Source: Eledone cirrhosa (lineage: Eukaryota). From it: 64,000 nucleotides of DNA. Each line of letters opens with the position of its first letter. Within the stretch, counting starts at the first letter, position 1. Shown in pieces: positions 53,801 to 64,000 of this stretch. The notes under the pieces are model-generated. The model worked only from the letters and a program-made list of their open reading frames with translations, was not told where the DNA came from and searched no databases. The position numbers and the translations under genes are program-made. The stretch is taken from assembly GCA_964016885.1 (NCBI GenBank), contig OZ024752.1, positions 21,824,001 through 21,888,000 of the forward strand. Direction: 5' to 3'.

Positions 53801-56800
53801 TGTATATGTAACTAAAACATGGTCTATTGGTCAATGAGAGTGGTGTGAGGTGTTGTGTATATGTAACTAAAACATGGTCTATTGGTCAATGAGGGTGGTG
53901 TGAGGTGTTGTGTATGTGTAACTAAAACATGGTCTATTGGTCAATGAGAGTGGTGTGAGGTGTTGTGTATATGTAACTAAAACATGGTCTATTGGTCAAT
54001 GAGGGTGGTGTGAGGTGTTGTGTATGTGTAACTAAAACATGGTCTATTGGTCAATGAGAGTGGTGTGAGGTGTTGTATATATGTAACTAAATCATGGTCT
54101 ATTGGTCAATGTGGGGGGTGTAGGGTGTTGTGTATATGTAACTAAAACATGGTCTATTGGTCAATGAGGGTGGTGTCAGGTATTGTGTATATGTAACTAA
54201 AACATGGTCTATTGGTCAATGACAGTGGTGTGAGGTGTTGTGTATATGTAACTAAAACATGGTCTATTGGTCAATGAGAGTGGTGTCAGGTATTGTGTAT
54301 ATGTAACTAAAACATGGTTTATTGGTCAATGAGAATGGTGTGAGGTGTTGTGTATGTGTAACTAAAACATGATCTATTGGTCAATGGGAGTGGTGTGAGG
54401 TGTTGTGTATATGTAACTAAAACATGGTCTATTGGTCAATGAGAATGGTGTGAGGTGTTGTGTATGTGTAACTAAAACATGATCTATTGGTCAATGGGAG
54501 TGGTGTGAGGTGTTGTGTATATGTAAATTAAAACATGGTCTATTGGTCAATGAGAATGGTGTGAGGTGTTGTGTATGTGTAACTAAAACATGGTCCATTG
54601 GTCAATGAGGGTGGTGTGAGGTGTTGTGTATATGTAACTAAAACATAGTCTATTGGTCAATGAGAGTGGTGTGAGGTGTTGTGTATGTGTAACTAAAACA
54701 TGGTCTATTGGTCAATGAGAGTGGTGTGAGGTGTTGTATATATGTAACTAAAACATGGTCTATTGGTCAATGTGGGGGGTGTAGGGTGTTGTGTATATGT
54801 AACTAAAACATGGTCTATTCGTCAATGAGACTGGTCTGAGGTGTTGTGTATATGTAACTAAAACATGGTCTATTGGTCAATGAGAGTGGTGTGAGGTGTT
54901 GTGTATATGTAATGAAAAAATGTTTATTGGTCAATGAGAATGGTTTGAGGTGTTGTGTATATGTAACTAAAACATGATCTATTGGTCAATGAGAATGGTG
55001 TGAGGTGTTGTGTATATGTAACTAAAACATGGTCTATTGGTCAATGACAGTGGTGTGAGGTGTTGTGTATATGTAACTAAAACATGTTCTATTGGTCAAT
55101 GACAGTGGTGTGAGGTGTTGTGTATATGTAACTAAAACATGTTCTATTGGTCAATGACAGTGGTGTGAGGTGTTGTGTATATGTAACTAAAACATGGTCT
55201 ATTGGTCAATGAGACTGGTCTGAGGTGTTGTGTATATGTAACTAAAACATGGTCTATTGGTCAATGAGAGTGGTGTGAGGTGTTGTGTATATGTAACTAA
55301 AACATGTTCTATTGGTCAATGACAGTGGTGTGAGGTGTTGTGTATATGTAACTAAAACATGGTCTATTGGTCAATGAGACTGGTCTGAGGTGTTGTGTAT
55401 ATGTAACTAAAACATGGTCTATTGGTCAATGAGAGTGGTGTGAGGTGTTGTGTATATGTAACTAAAACATGGTGTATTGGTCAATGAGAGTGGTGGGAGG
55501 TGTTGTGTATATGTACCTAAAAAATGTTTATTGGTCAATGAGAATGGTGTGAGGTGTTGTGTATATGTAATTAAAAAATGTTTATTGGTCAATGAGAATG
55601 GTGTGAGGTGTTGTGTATATGTAACTAAAACATGATCTATTGGTCAATGAGAGTGGTGTGTGGTGTTGTGTATATGTAATTAAAAAATGTTTATTGGTCA
55701 ATGAGAATGGTGTGAGGTGTTGTGTATATGTAACTAAAACATGGTCTATTGGTCAATCAGAATATTGTGAGGTGTTGTGTATATGTAACTAAAACATGGT
55801 GTATTGGTCAATGAGGGTGGTGTGAGGTCTTGTGTATATGTAACTAAAACATGTTCTAATGGTCAATGAGAGTGGTGTGAGGTGTTGTGTATATGTAACT
55901 AAAACATGGTGTATTGGTCAATGGGAGTGGTGTGAGGTGTTGTTTATATGTAACTAAAACATGGTCTATTGGTCAATGAGAGTGGTGTGAGGTGTTGTGT
56001 ATATGTAACTAAAACATGGTCTATTGGTCAATGAGAGTGGTGTGAGGTGTTGTGTACATGTAACTAAAACATGGTCTATTGGTCAATGTGGGGGGTGTAG
56101 GGTGTTGTGTATATGTAACTAAATCATAGTCTATTGGTCAATGAGAGTGGTGTGAGGTGTTGTGTATATGTAACTAAAACATGATCTATTGGTCAATGTG
56201 GGGGGTGTGAGGTGTTGTGTATATGTAACTAAAACATGGTCTATTGGTCAATGAGCGTGGTGTGAGGTGTTGTGTATATGTAACTAAATCATAGTCTATT
56301 GGTCAATGGGAGTGGTGTGAGGTGTTGTGTATATGTAACTAAAACATGGTCTATTGGTCAATGAGTGTGGTGTGAGGTGTTGTGTATATGTAACTAAAAC
56401 ATGATCTATTGGTCAATGAGGGTGGTGTAAGGTGTTGTGTATATGTAACTAAAACATGGTCTATTGGTCAATGAGAGTGGTGTGAGGTGTTGTGTATATG
56501 TAACTAAAACATGATCTATTGGTCAATGAGGGTGGTGTGAGGTGTTGTGTATATGTAACTAAAACATGGTCTATTGGTCAATGAGGGTGGTGTGAGGTGT
56601 TGTGTATATGTAACTGAAACATGGTCTATTGGTCAATGAGAGTGGTCGGAGGTCTTGTGTATATGTAACTAAAACATGTTCTGTTGGTCAATGAGAGTGG
56701 TGTGAGGTGTTGTGTATATGTAACTAAAACATTGTCTATTGGTCAATGAGAGTGGTGTGAGGTGTTGTGTATATGTAACTAAAACATTGTCTATTGGTCA

Positions 56801-59800
56801 ATGAGAGTGGTGTGAGGTGTCGTGTATATGTAACTTAAACATGGTCTATTGGTCAATGAGAGTGGTGTGAGGTGTTGTGTATATGTAACTTAAACATGGT
56901 CTATTGGTCAATGAGAGTGGTGTGAGGTGTTGTGTATATGTAACTAAAACATGGTCTATTGCTCAATGAGACTGGTCTGAGGTGTTGTGTATATGTAACT
57001 AAAACATGGTCTATTGGTCAAAGAGAGTGGTGTGAGGTGTTGTGTATATGTAACTAAAACATGGTGTATTGGTCAATGAGAGTGGTGTGAGGTGTTGTGT
57101 ATATGTAACTAAAAAATGTTTATTGGTCAATGAGAGTGGTGTGAGGTGTTGTGTATATGTAATTAAAAAATGTTTATTGGTCAATGAGAATGGTGTGAGG
57201 TGTTATGTATATGTAACTAAAACATGATCTATTGGTCAATGAGAGTGGTGTGTGGTGTTGTGTATATGTAATTAAAAAATGTTTATTGGTCAATGAGAAT
57301 GGTGTGAGGTGTTGTGTATATGTAACTAAAACATGGTCTATTGGTCAATCAGAATATTGTGAGGTGTTGTGTATATGTAACTAAAACATGGTGTATTGGT
57401 CAATGAGGGTGGTGTGAGGTCTTGTGTATATGTAACTAAAACATGTTCTAATGGTCAATGAGAGTGGTGTGAGGTGTTGTGTATATGTAACTAAAACATG
57501 GTGTATTGGTCAATGGGAGTGGTGTGAGGTGTTGTGTATATGTAACTAAAACATGGTCTATTGGTCAATGAGAGTGGTGTGAGGTGTTGTGTATATGTAA
57601 CTAAAACATGGTCTATTGGTCAATGAGAGTGGTGTGAGGTGTTGTGTATATGTAACTAAAACATGGTCTATTGGTCAATGAGGGTGGTGTGAGGTGTTGT
57701 GTATGTGTAACTAAAACATGGTCTATTGGTCAATGAGAGTGGTGTGAGGTGTTGTATATATGTAACTAAAACATGGTCTATTGGTCAATGTGGGGGGTGT
57801 AGGGTGTTGTGTATATGTAACTAAAACATGGTCTATTGGTCAATGAGGGTGGTGTCAGGTATTGTGTATATGTAACTAAAACATGGTCTATTGGTCAATG
57901 ACAGTGGTGTGAGGTGTTGTGTATATGTAACTAAAACATGGTCTATTGGTCAATGAGAGTGGTGTCAGGTATTGTGCATATGTAACTAAAACATGGTTTA
58001 TTGGTCAATGAGAATGGTGTGAGGTGTTGTGTATGTGTAACTAAAACATGATCTATTGGTCAATGGGAGTGGTGTGAGGTGTTGTGTATATGTAACTAAA
58101 ACATGGTCTATTGGTCAATGAGAATGGTGTGAGGTGTTGTGTATGTGTAACTAAAACATGATCTATTGGTCAATGGGAGTGGTGTGAGGTGTTGTGTATA
58201 TGTAAATTAAAACATGGTCTATTGGTCAATGAGAATGGTGTGAGGTGTTGTGTATGTGTAACTAAAACATGGTCCATTGGTCAATGAGGGTGGTGTGAGG
58301 TGTTGTGTATATGTAACTAAAACATGGTCTATTGGTCAATGAGAGTGGTGTGAGGTGTTGTGTATGTGTAACTAAAACATGGTCTATTGGTCAATGAGAG
58401 TGGTGTGAGGTGTTGTATATATGTAACTAAAACATGGTCTATTGGTCAATGTGGGGGGTGTAGGGTGTTGTGTATATGTAACTAAAACATGGTCTATTCG
58501 TCAATGAGACTGGTCTGAGGTGTTGTGTATATGTAACTAAAACATAGTCTATTGGTCAATGAGATTGGAGTGAGGTGTTGTGTATATGTAATGAAAAAAT
58601 GTTTATTGGTCAATGAGAATGGTTTGAGGTGTTGTGTATATGTAACTAAAACATGATCTATTGGTCAATGAGAATGGTGTGAGGTGTTGTGTATATGTAA
58701 CTAAAACATGGTCTATTGGTCAATGACAGTGGTGTGAGGTGTTGTGTATATGTAACTAAAACATGTTCTATTGGTCAATGACAGTGGTGTGAGGTGTTGT
58801 GTATATGTAACTAAAACATGTTCTATTGGTCAATGACAGTGGTGTGAGGTGTTGTGTATATGTAACTAAAACATGGTCTATTGGTCAATGAGAGTGGTGT
58901 GAGGTGTTGTGTATATGTAACTAAAACATGTTCTATTGGTCAATGACAGTGGTGTGAGGTGTTGTGTATATGTAACTAAAACATGGTCTATTGGTCAATG
59001 AGACTGGTCTGAGGTGTTGTGTATATGTAACTAAAACATGGTCTATTGGTCAATGAGAGTGGTGTGAGGTGTTGTGTATATGTAACTAAAACATGGTGTA
59101 TTGGTCAATGAGAGTGGTGTGAGGTGTTGTGTATATGTACCTAAAAAATGTTTATTGGTCAATGAGAATGGTGTGAGGTGTTGTGTATATGTAATTAAAA
59201 AATGTTTATTGGTCAATGAGAATGGTGTGAGGTGTTGTGTATATGTAACTAAAACATGATCTATTGGTCAATGAGAGTGGTGTGTGGTGTTGTGTATATG
59301 TAATTAAAAAATGTTTATTGGTCAATGAGAATGGTGTGAGGTGTTGTGTATATATAACTAAAACATGGTCTATTGGTCAATCAGAATATTGTGAGGTGTT
59401 GTGTATATGTAACTAAAACATGGTGTATTGGTCAATGAGGGTGGTGTGAGGTCTTGTGTATATGTAACTAAAACATGTTCTAATGGTCAATGAGAGTGGT
59501 GTGAGGTGTTGTGTATATGTAACTAAAACATGGTGTATTGGTCAATGGGAGTGGTGTGAGGTGTTGTGTATATGTAACTAAAACATGGTCTATTGGTCAA
59601 TGAGAGTGGTGTGAGGTGTTGTGTATATGTAACTAAAACATGGTCTATTGGTCAATGAGAGTGGTGTGAGGTGTTGTGTATATGTAACTAAAACATGGTC
59701 TATTGGTCAATGTGGGGGTGTAGGGTGTTGTGTATATGTAACTAAATCATAGTCTATTGGTCAATGAGAGTGGTGTGAGGTGTTGTGTATATGTAACTAA

Positions 59801-61079
59801 AACATGATCTATTGGTCAATGTGGGGGGTGTGAGGTGTTGTGTATATGTAACTAAAACATAGTCTATTGGTCAATGAGCGTGGTGTGAGGTGTTGTGTAT
59901 ATGTAACTAAATCATAGTCTATTGGTCAATGGGAGTGGTGTGAGGTGTTGTGTATATGTAACTAAAACATGGTCTATTGGTCAATGAGTGTGGTGTGAGG
60001 TGTTGTGTATATGTAACTAAAACATGATCTATTGGTCAATGAGGGTGGTGTAAGGTGTTGTGTATATGTAACTAAAACATGGTCTATTGGTCAATGAGAG
60101 TGGTGTGAGGTGTTGTGTATATGTAACTAAAACATGATCTATTGGTCAATGAGGGTGGTGTGAGGTGTTGTGTATATGTAACTAAAACATGGTCTATTGG
60201 TCAATGAGGGTGGTGTGAGGTGTTGTGTATATGTAACTAAATCATGGTCTATTGGTCAATGAAAGTGGTGTGAGGTGTTGTGTATATGTAACTGAAACAT
60301 GGTCTATTGGTCAATGAGAGTGGTCGGAGGTCTTGTGTATATGTAACTAAAACATGTTCTGTTGGTCAATGAGAGTGGTGTGAGGTGTTGTGTATATGTA
60401 ACTAAAACATTGTCTATTGGTCAATGAGAGTGGTGTGAGGTGTTGTGTATATGTAACTAAAACATTGTCTATTGATCAATGAGAGTGGTGTGAGGTGTCG
60501 TGTATATGTAACTTAAACATGGTCTATTGGTCAATGAGAGTGGTGTGAGGTGTTGTGTATATGTAACTTAAACATGGTCTATTGGTCAATGAGAGTGGTG
60601 TGAGGTGTTGTGTATATGTAACTAAAACATGGTCTATTGGTCAATGAGACTGGTCTGAGGTGTTGTGTATATGTAACTAAAACATGGTCTATTGGTCAAT
60701 GAGAGTGGTGTGAGGTGTTGTGTATATGTAACTAAAACATGGTGTATTGGTCAATGAGAGTGGTGTGAGGTGTTGTGTATATGTAACTAAAAAATGTTTA
60801 TTGGTCAATGAGAGTGGTGTGAGGTGTTGTGTATATGTAATTAAAAAATGTTTATTGGTCAATGAGAATGGTGTGAGGTGTTATGTATATGTAACTAAAA
60901 CATGATCTATTGGTCAATGAGAGTGGTGTGTGGTGTTGTGTATATGTAATTAAAAAATGTTTATTGGTCAATGAGAATGGTGTGAGGTGTTGTGTATATG
61001 TAACTAAAACATGGTCTATTGGTCAATCAGAATATTGTGAGGTGTTGTGTATATGTAACTAAAACATGGTGTATTGGTC

Positions 61080-62290
61080 AATGAGGGTGGTGTGAGGTCT
61101 TGTGTATATGTAACTAAAACATGTTCTAATGGTCAATGAGAGTGGTGTGAGGTGTTGTGTATATGTAACTAAAACATGGTGTATTGGTCAATGGGAGTGG
61201 TGTGAGGTGTTGTGTATATGTAACTAAAACATGGTCTATTGGTCAATGAGAGTGGTGTGAGGTGTTGTGTATATGTAACTAAAACATGGTCTATTGGTCA
61301 ATGAGAGTGGTGTGAGGTGTTGTGTATATGTAACTAAAACATGGTCTATTGGTCAATGTGGGGGGTGTAGGGTGTTGTGTATATGTAACTAAATCATAGT
61401 CTATTGGTCAATGAGAGTGGTGTGAGGTGTTGTGTATATGTAACTAAAACATGATCTATTGGTCAATGTGGGGGGTGTGAGGTGTTGTGTATATGTAACT
61501 AAAACATGGTCTATTGGTCAATGAGGGTGGTGTGAGGTGTTGTGTATATGTAACTAAATCATAGTCTATTGGTCAATGGGAGTGGTGTGAGGTGTTGTGT
61601 ATATGTAACTAAAACATGGTCTATTGGTCAATGAGTGTGGTGTGAGGTGTTGTGTATATGTAACTAAAACATGATCTATTGGTCAATGAGGGTGGTGTGA
61701 GGTCTTGTGTATATGTAACTAAAACATGTTCTAATGGTCAATGAGAGTGGTGTGAGGTGTTGTGTATATGTAACTAAAACATGGTGTATTGGTCAATGGG
61801 AGTGGTGTGAGGTGTTGTGTATATGTAACTAAAACATGGTCTATTGGTCAATGAGAGTGGTGTGAGGTGTTGTGTATATGTAACTAAAACATGGTCTATT
61901 GGTCAATGAGAGTGGTGTGAGGTGTTGTGTATATGTAACTAAAACATGGTCTATTGGTCAATGTGGGGGGTGTAGGGTGTTGTGTATATGTAACTAAATC
62001 ATAGTCTATTGGTCAATGATAGTGGTGTGAGGTGTTGTGTATATGTAACTAAAACATGATCTATTGGTCAATGTGGGGGGTGTGAGGTGTTGTGTATATG
62101 TAACTAAAACATGGTCTATTGGTCAATGAGGGTGGTGTGAGGTGTTGTGTATATGTAACTAAATCATAGTCTATTGGTCAATGGGAGTGGTGTGAGGTGT
62201 TGTGTATATGTAACTAAAACATGGTCTATTGGTCAATGAGTGTGGTGTGAGGTGTTGTGTATATGTAACTAAAACATGATCTATTGGTCA
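61080..62290. repeat. Tandem block duplication, period 605 bp (11 monomers)
   Basis: The CTAAT variant at 61126/61731 is followed by the same ordered variants (GTGTA, GGGA, GTAGGG, AATCATAG). Confidence 0.88.
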
Positions 62291-63110
62291 ATGAGGGTGG
62301 TGTGAGGTGTTGTGTATATGTAACTAAAACATGGTCTATTGGTCAATGAGAGTGGTGTGAGGTGTTGTGTATATGTAACTAAAACATGATCTATTGGTCA
62401 ATGAGGGTGGTGTGAGGTGTTGTGTATATGTAACTAAAACATGGTCTATTGGTCAATGAGGGTGGTGTGAGGTGTTGTGTATATGTAACTAAATCATGGT
62501 CTATTGGTCAATGAGAGTGGTGTGAGGTGTTGTGTATATGTAACTGAAACATGGTCTATTGGTCAATGAGAGTGGTCGGAGGTCTTGTGTATATGTAACT
62601 AAAACATGTTCTGTTGGTCAATGAGAGTGGTGTGAGGTGTTGTGTATATGTAACTAAAACATTGTCTATTGGTCAATGAGAGTGGTGTGAGGTGTTGTGT
62701 ATATGTAACTAAAACATTGTCTATTGGTCAATGAGAGTGGTGTGAGGTGTCTTGTATATGTAACTTAAACATGGTCTATTGGTCAATGAGAGTGGTGTGA
62801 GGTGTTGTGTATATGTAACTTAAACATGGTCTATTGGTCAATGAGAGTGGTGTGAGGTGTTGTGTATATGTAACTAAAACATGGTCTATTGGTCAATGAG
62901 AGTGGTGTGAGGTGTTGTGTATATGTAACTTAAACATGGTCTATTGGTCAATGAGAGTGGTGTGAGGTGTTGTGTATATGTAACTTAAACATGGTCTATT
63001 GGTCAATGGGAGTGGTGTGAGGTGTTGTGTATATGTAACTAAAACATGGTCTATAGGCCAATGAGAATATTGTGAGGTTTATCTTTATAAATATGCAGGT
63101 ACTGATTTTC

Positions 63111-63123
63111 TTTTTTTTTTTTT
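63111..63123. repeat. T13 homopolymer (A13 on minus strand)
   Basis: Read directly from the sequence. It lies immediately downstream of the candidate minus-strand splice donor. Confidence 0.95.
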
Positions 63124-63126
63124 CAC

Positions 63127-63219
63127 CTGGGAAATTGACTCCTAGTTTCTTGAAATTATCTTCTCTTTTCTTTCTATGAGTGTAACTGTTGCTGTTAGGT
63201 TTTTGTTTTCTTTCTCCGA
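63127..63219 (-). CDS. Candidate internal coding exon (93 nt, phase 1/phase 1) of an unidentified gene; peptide GERKQKPNSNSYTHRKKREDNFKKLGVNFP
   Basis: The minus strand reads ...gtaatttgccatttAG|TCGGAGAAAG...TTTCCCAG|GTGAAA. It has a canonical AG acceptor and a CAG|GT donor, length divisible by 3, a purine-rich body and exactly one open frame, with an in-frame TGA just upstream of the acceptor. I recognise no homology and have no transcript evidence. Confidence 0.4.
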
Positions 63220-63373
63220 CTAAATGGCAAATTACAATTCATATATAATTGTTTGTCCAAGTCACTCAGTACAGCACCATTTACTTGATCCTTATTAGTG
63301 TACTGCATTTATAAATACAAATGAAAATGTTTAATACATAGGTATAGCTGCAGAATATATTATTAATGAGCAT

Positions 63374-63595
63374 GCAGGTGGTGGATTGTCGCTATTGATA
63401 TAGCATTGGACAACATGCTTTGCGGAATTGACTTTCAGCCCTTTGTTCTGAGTTCAAATCCTGCCATGGTCAACTTTGCCTTTCATCCTTACATGGTCGA
63501 TAAAATAAAGTACCAATGGTACACTGAGGTTGATTTAATCGACTTCCCCTCTGTCAAAATTATTGGTCTTGTGTCTAAGTTAGAAGCCATTATAT
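63374..63595 (+). mobile_element. Decayed tRNA-derived SINE with Deu/Nin-like central domain (octopus-like family)
   Basis: Pol III B-box GAGTTCAAATCC at 63450-63461. It is followed by GGTCAACTTTGCCTTTCATCCTT...GGTCGATAAAATAAAGTACCA, which resembles the conserved GCCTTTCATCCTT-GGTCGATAAA-AGTACC Deu/Nin SINE core, and ends in an AT-rich tail. Family assignment is from recollection of Octopus repeats, and boundaries are approximate. Confidence 0.75.
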
Positions 63596-63649
63596 ACTTA
63601 TGTGGATTCAGTAAAAGGTTGAATTGTTAAACAGTTTCTTTCACAATCA

Positions 63650-63935
63650 TAGTGTAACCTCTTGAGTAAGTGTCATTTACCATTGCTTTGAGTCAACTCA
63701 TGCCTTGTCACGTGAAATTGGGTTGACAGAAGTTGTTTGGAAGCCTGTTAGATGAACTGTACTTATAATTCAAAGGACCAGCTGTGTCACACACTATATC
63801 ATATTGAATATCCCTGGCAATTATGTGACATGTATATGTGTCTGTGGAATGTTTAGCTCATTACACATTAATTTCCTGAGCAGGCTGTTCCATGGATCAA
63901 ACAACTGGAACACTCAACATGGAAACTGATGGAGA
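63650..63935 (+). mobile_element. Second decayed SINE-like element (CORE-like motif plus cephalopod-type 3' region)
   Basis: CTCTTGAGTAAGTGTC resembles the CORE-type CCTTGGGCAAGT motif. The downstream segments TTCAAAGGACCAGC, GTGTCTGTGGAATG and TTAATTTCCTGAGCAGGCTGTTCC...CAACTGGAAC resemble an abundant Octopus interspersed repeat as I recall it. The 5' tRNA head is degraded. Confidence 0.6.
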
Positions 63936-63949
63936 TCGATTCCATTCTG

Positions 63950-63972
63950 TATTATTAGTATTAGTATTATTA
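63950..63972. repeat. Short imperfect (TAT/TAG)n simple repeat
   Basis: TATTATTAGTATTAGTATTATTA; possibly a SINE tail. Confidence 0.6.
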
Positions 63973-64000
63973 CATTGCTGAAGGGTGTTGGGTTGGAAGA

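Larger units (their letters stand above)
1..63078. repeat. 55-bp tandem satellite/minisatellite array, ~1,147 head-to-tail copies, truncated by the left window edge
   Basis: Units start at 1, 56, 111 and so on. Consensus GTGGTGTGAGGTGTTGTGTATATGTAACTAAAACATGGTCTATTGGTCAATGAGA (17 G, 19 T, 15 A, 4 C; 38% GC; no CpG). Most copies differ from consensus by only a few substitutions. Occasional 54-bp units (AATGAAAAAATGTTTATT, e.g. 7231) and 56-bp units (TAAATTAAAAC, GGGGAAT) occur. I saw no inversion or foreign insertion. The last recognisable motif is AATATTGTGAGGT at 63066-63078. Confidence 0.99.

Noticed and set aside
1-63078. CRISPR-like or guide-RNA array (constant repeat plus variable segment)
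   Set aside because: The variable segment is only ~6 bp and consists of point variants of one sequence reused hundreds of times. There are no unique spacers and no associated genes, and the context is eukaryotic.
1-63078. Repeat-encoded protein
   Set aside because: 55 is not a multiple of 3, and each unit has stops on both strands (TAA/TGA on +, TGA/TAG on -), so every frame closes within about three units.
1-63078. Telomeric repeat array
   Set aside because: The GT-rich part only superficially resembles TG1-3. TTAGGG appears only as isolated variants (e.g. ~12588), and nothing shows a chromosome end.
63091-63130. Plus-strand donor CAG|GTACTG, CAGGT/ACCTG hairpin, or terminator at the T13 tract
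   Set aside because: There is no plausible upstream exon, the stem is only 5 bp, and a bacterial-type terminator is not relevant in this context.
63406-63630. Supplied 74-aa ORF
   Set aside because: It starts at TTG, lies almost entirely within a decayed SINE, and has no recognisable domain.
63981-64000. Possible start of a third SINE at the window edge
   Set aside because: Only 20 bp are visible and the similarity is too weak to call.

Overview
This is eukaryotic DNA, and nothing in it supports a prokaryotic operon or a CRISPR array. Positions 1 to ~63,078 (98.6% of the window) are one uninterrupted head-to-tail tandem array of a 55-bp monomer, about 1,147 copies, running off the left edge. 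The consensus is GTGGTGTGAGGTGTTGTGTATATGTAACTAAAACATGGTCTATTGGTCAATGAGA. Rare monomer variants act as barcodes and show that the array was built by nested in-register block duplications of 3 to 142 monomers rather than by one fixed higher-order repeat; one breakpoint maps to an 8-bp window. The array ends abruptly. About 50 bp beyond it, the minus strand carries a 93-nt, open, phase-symmetric candidate exon (63219-63127) whose donor points into the array, so the satellite may lie inside a very large intron. The last ~630 bp hold two decayed tRNA-derived SINE-like elements that resemble my recollection of octopus/cephalopod SINE families (inference, not a database result). The only supplied ORF overlaps a SINE and is probably spurious. 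I cannot support a new multi-gene system here. The best leads are the intronic-satellite hypothesis, the duplication history and the non-random variant pattern.
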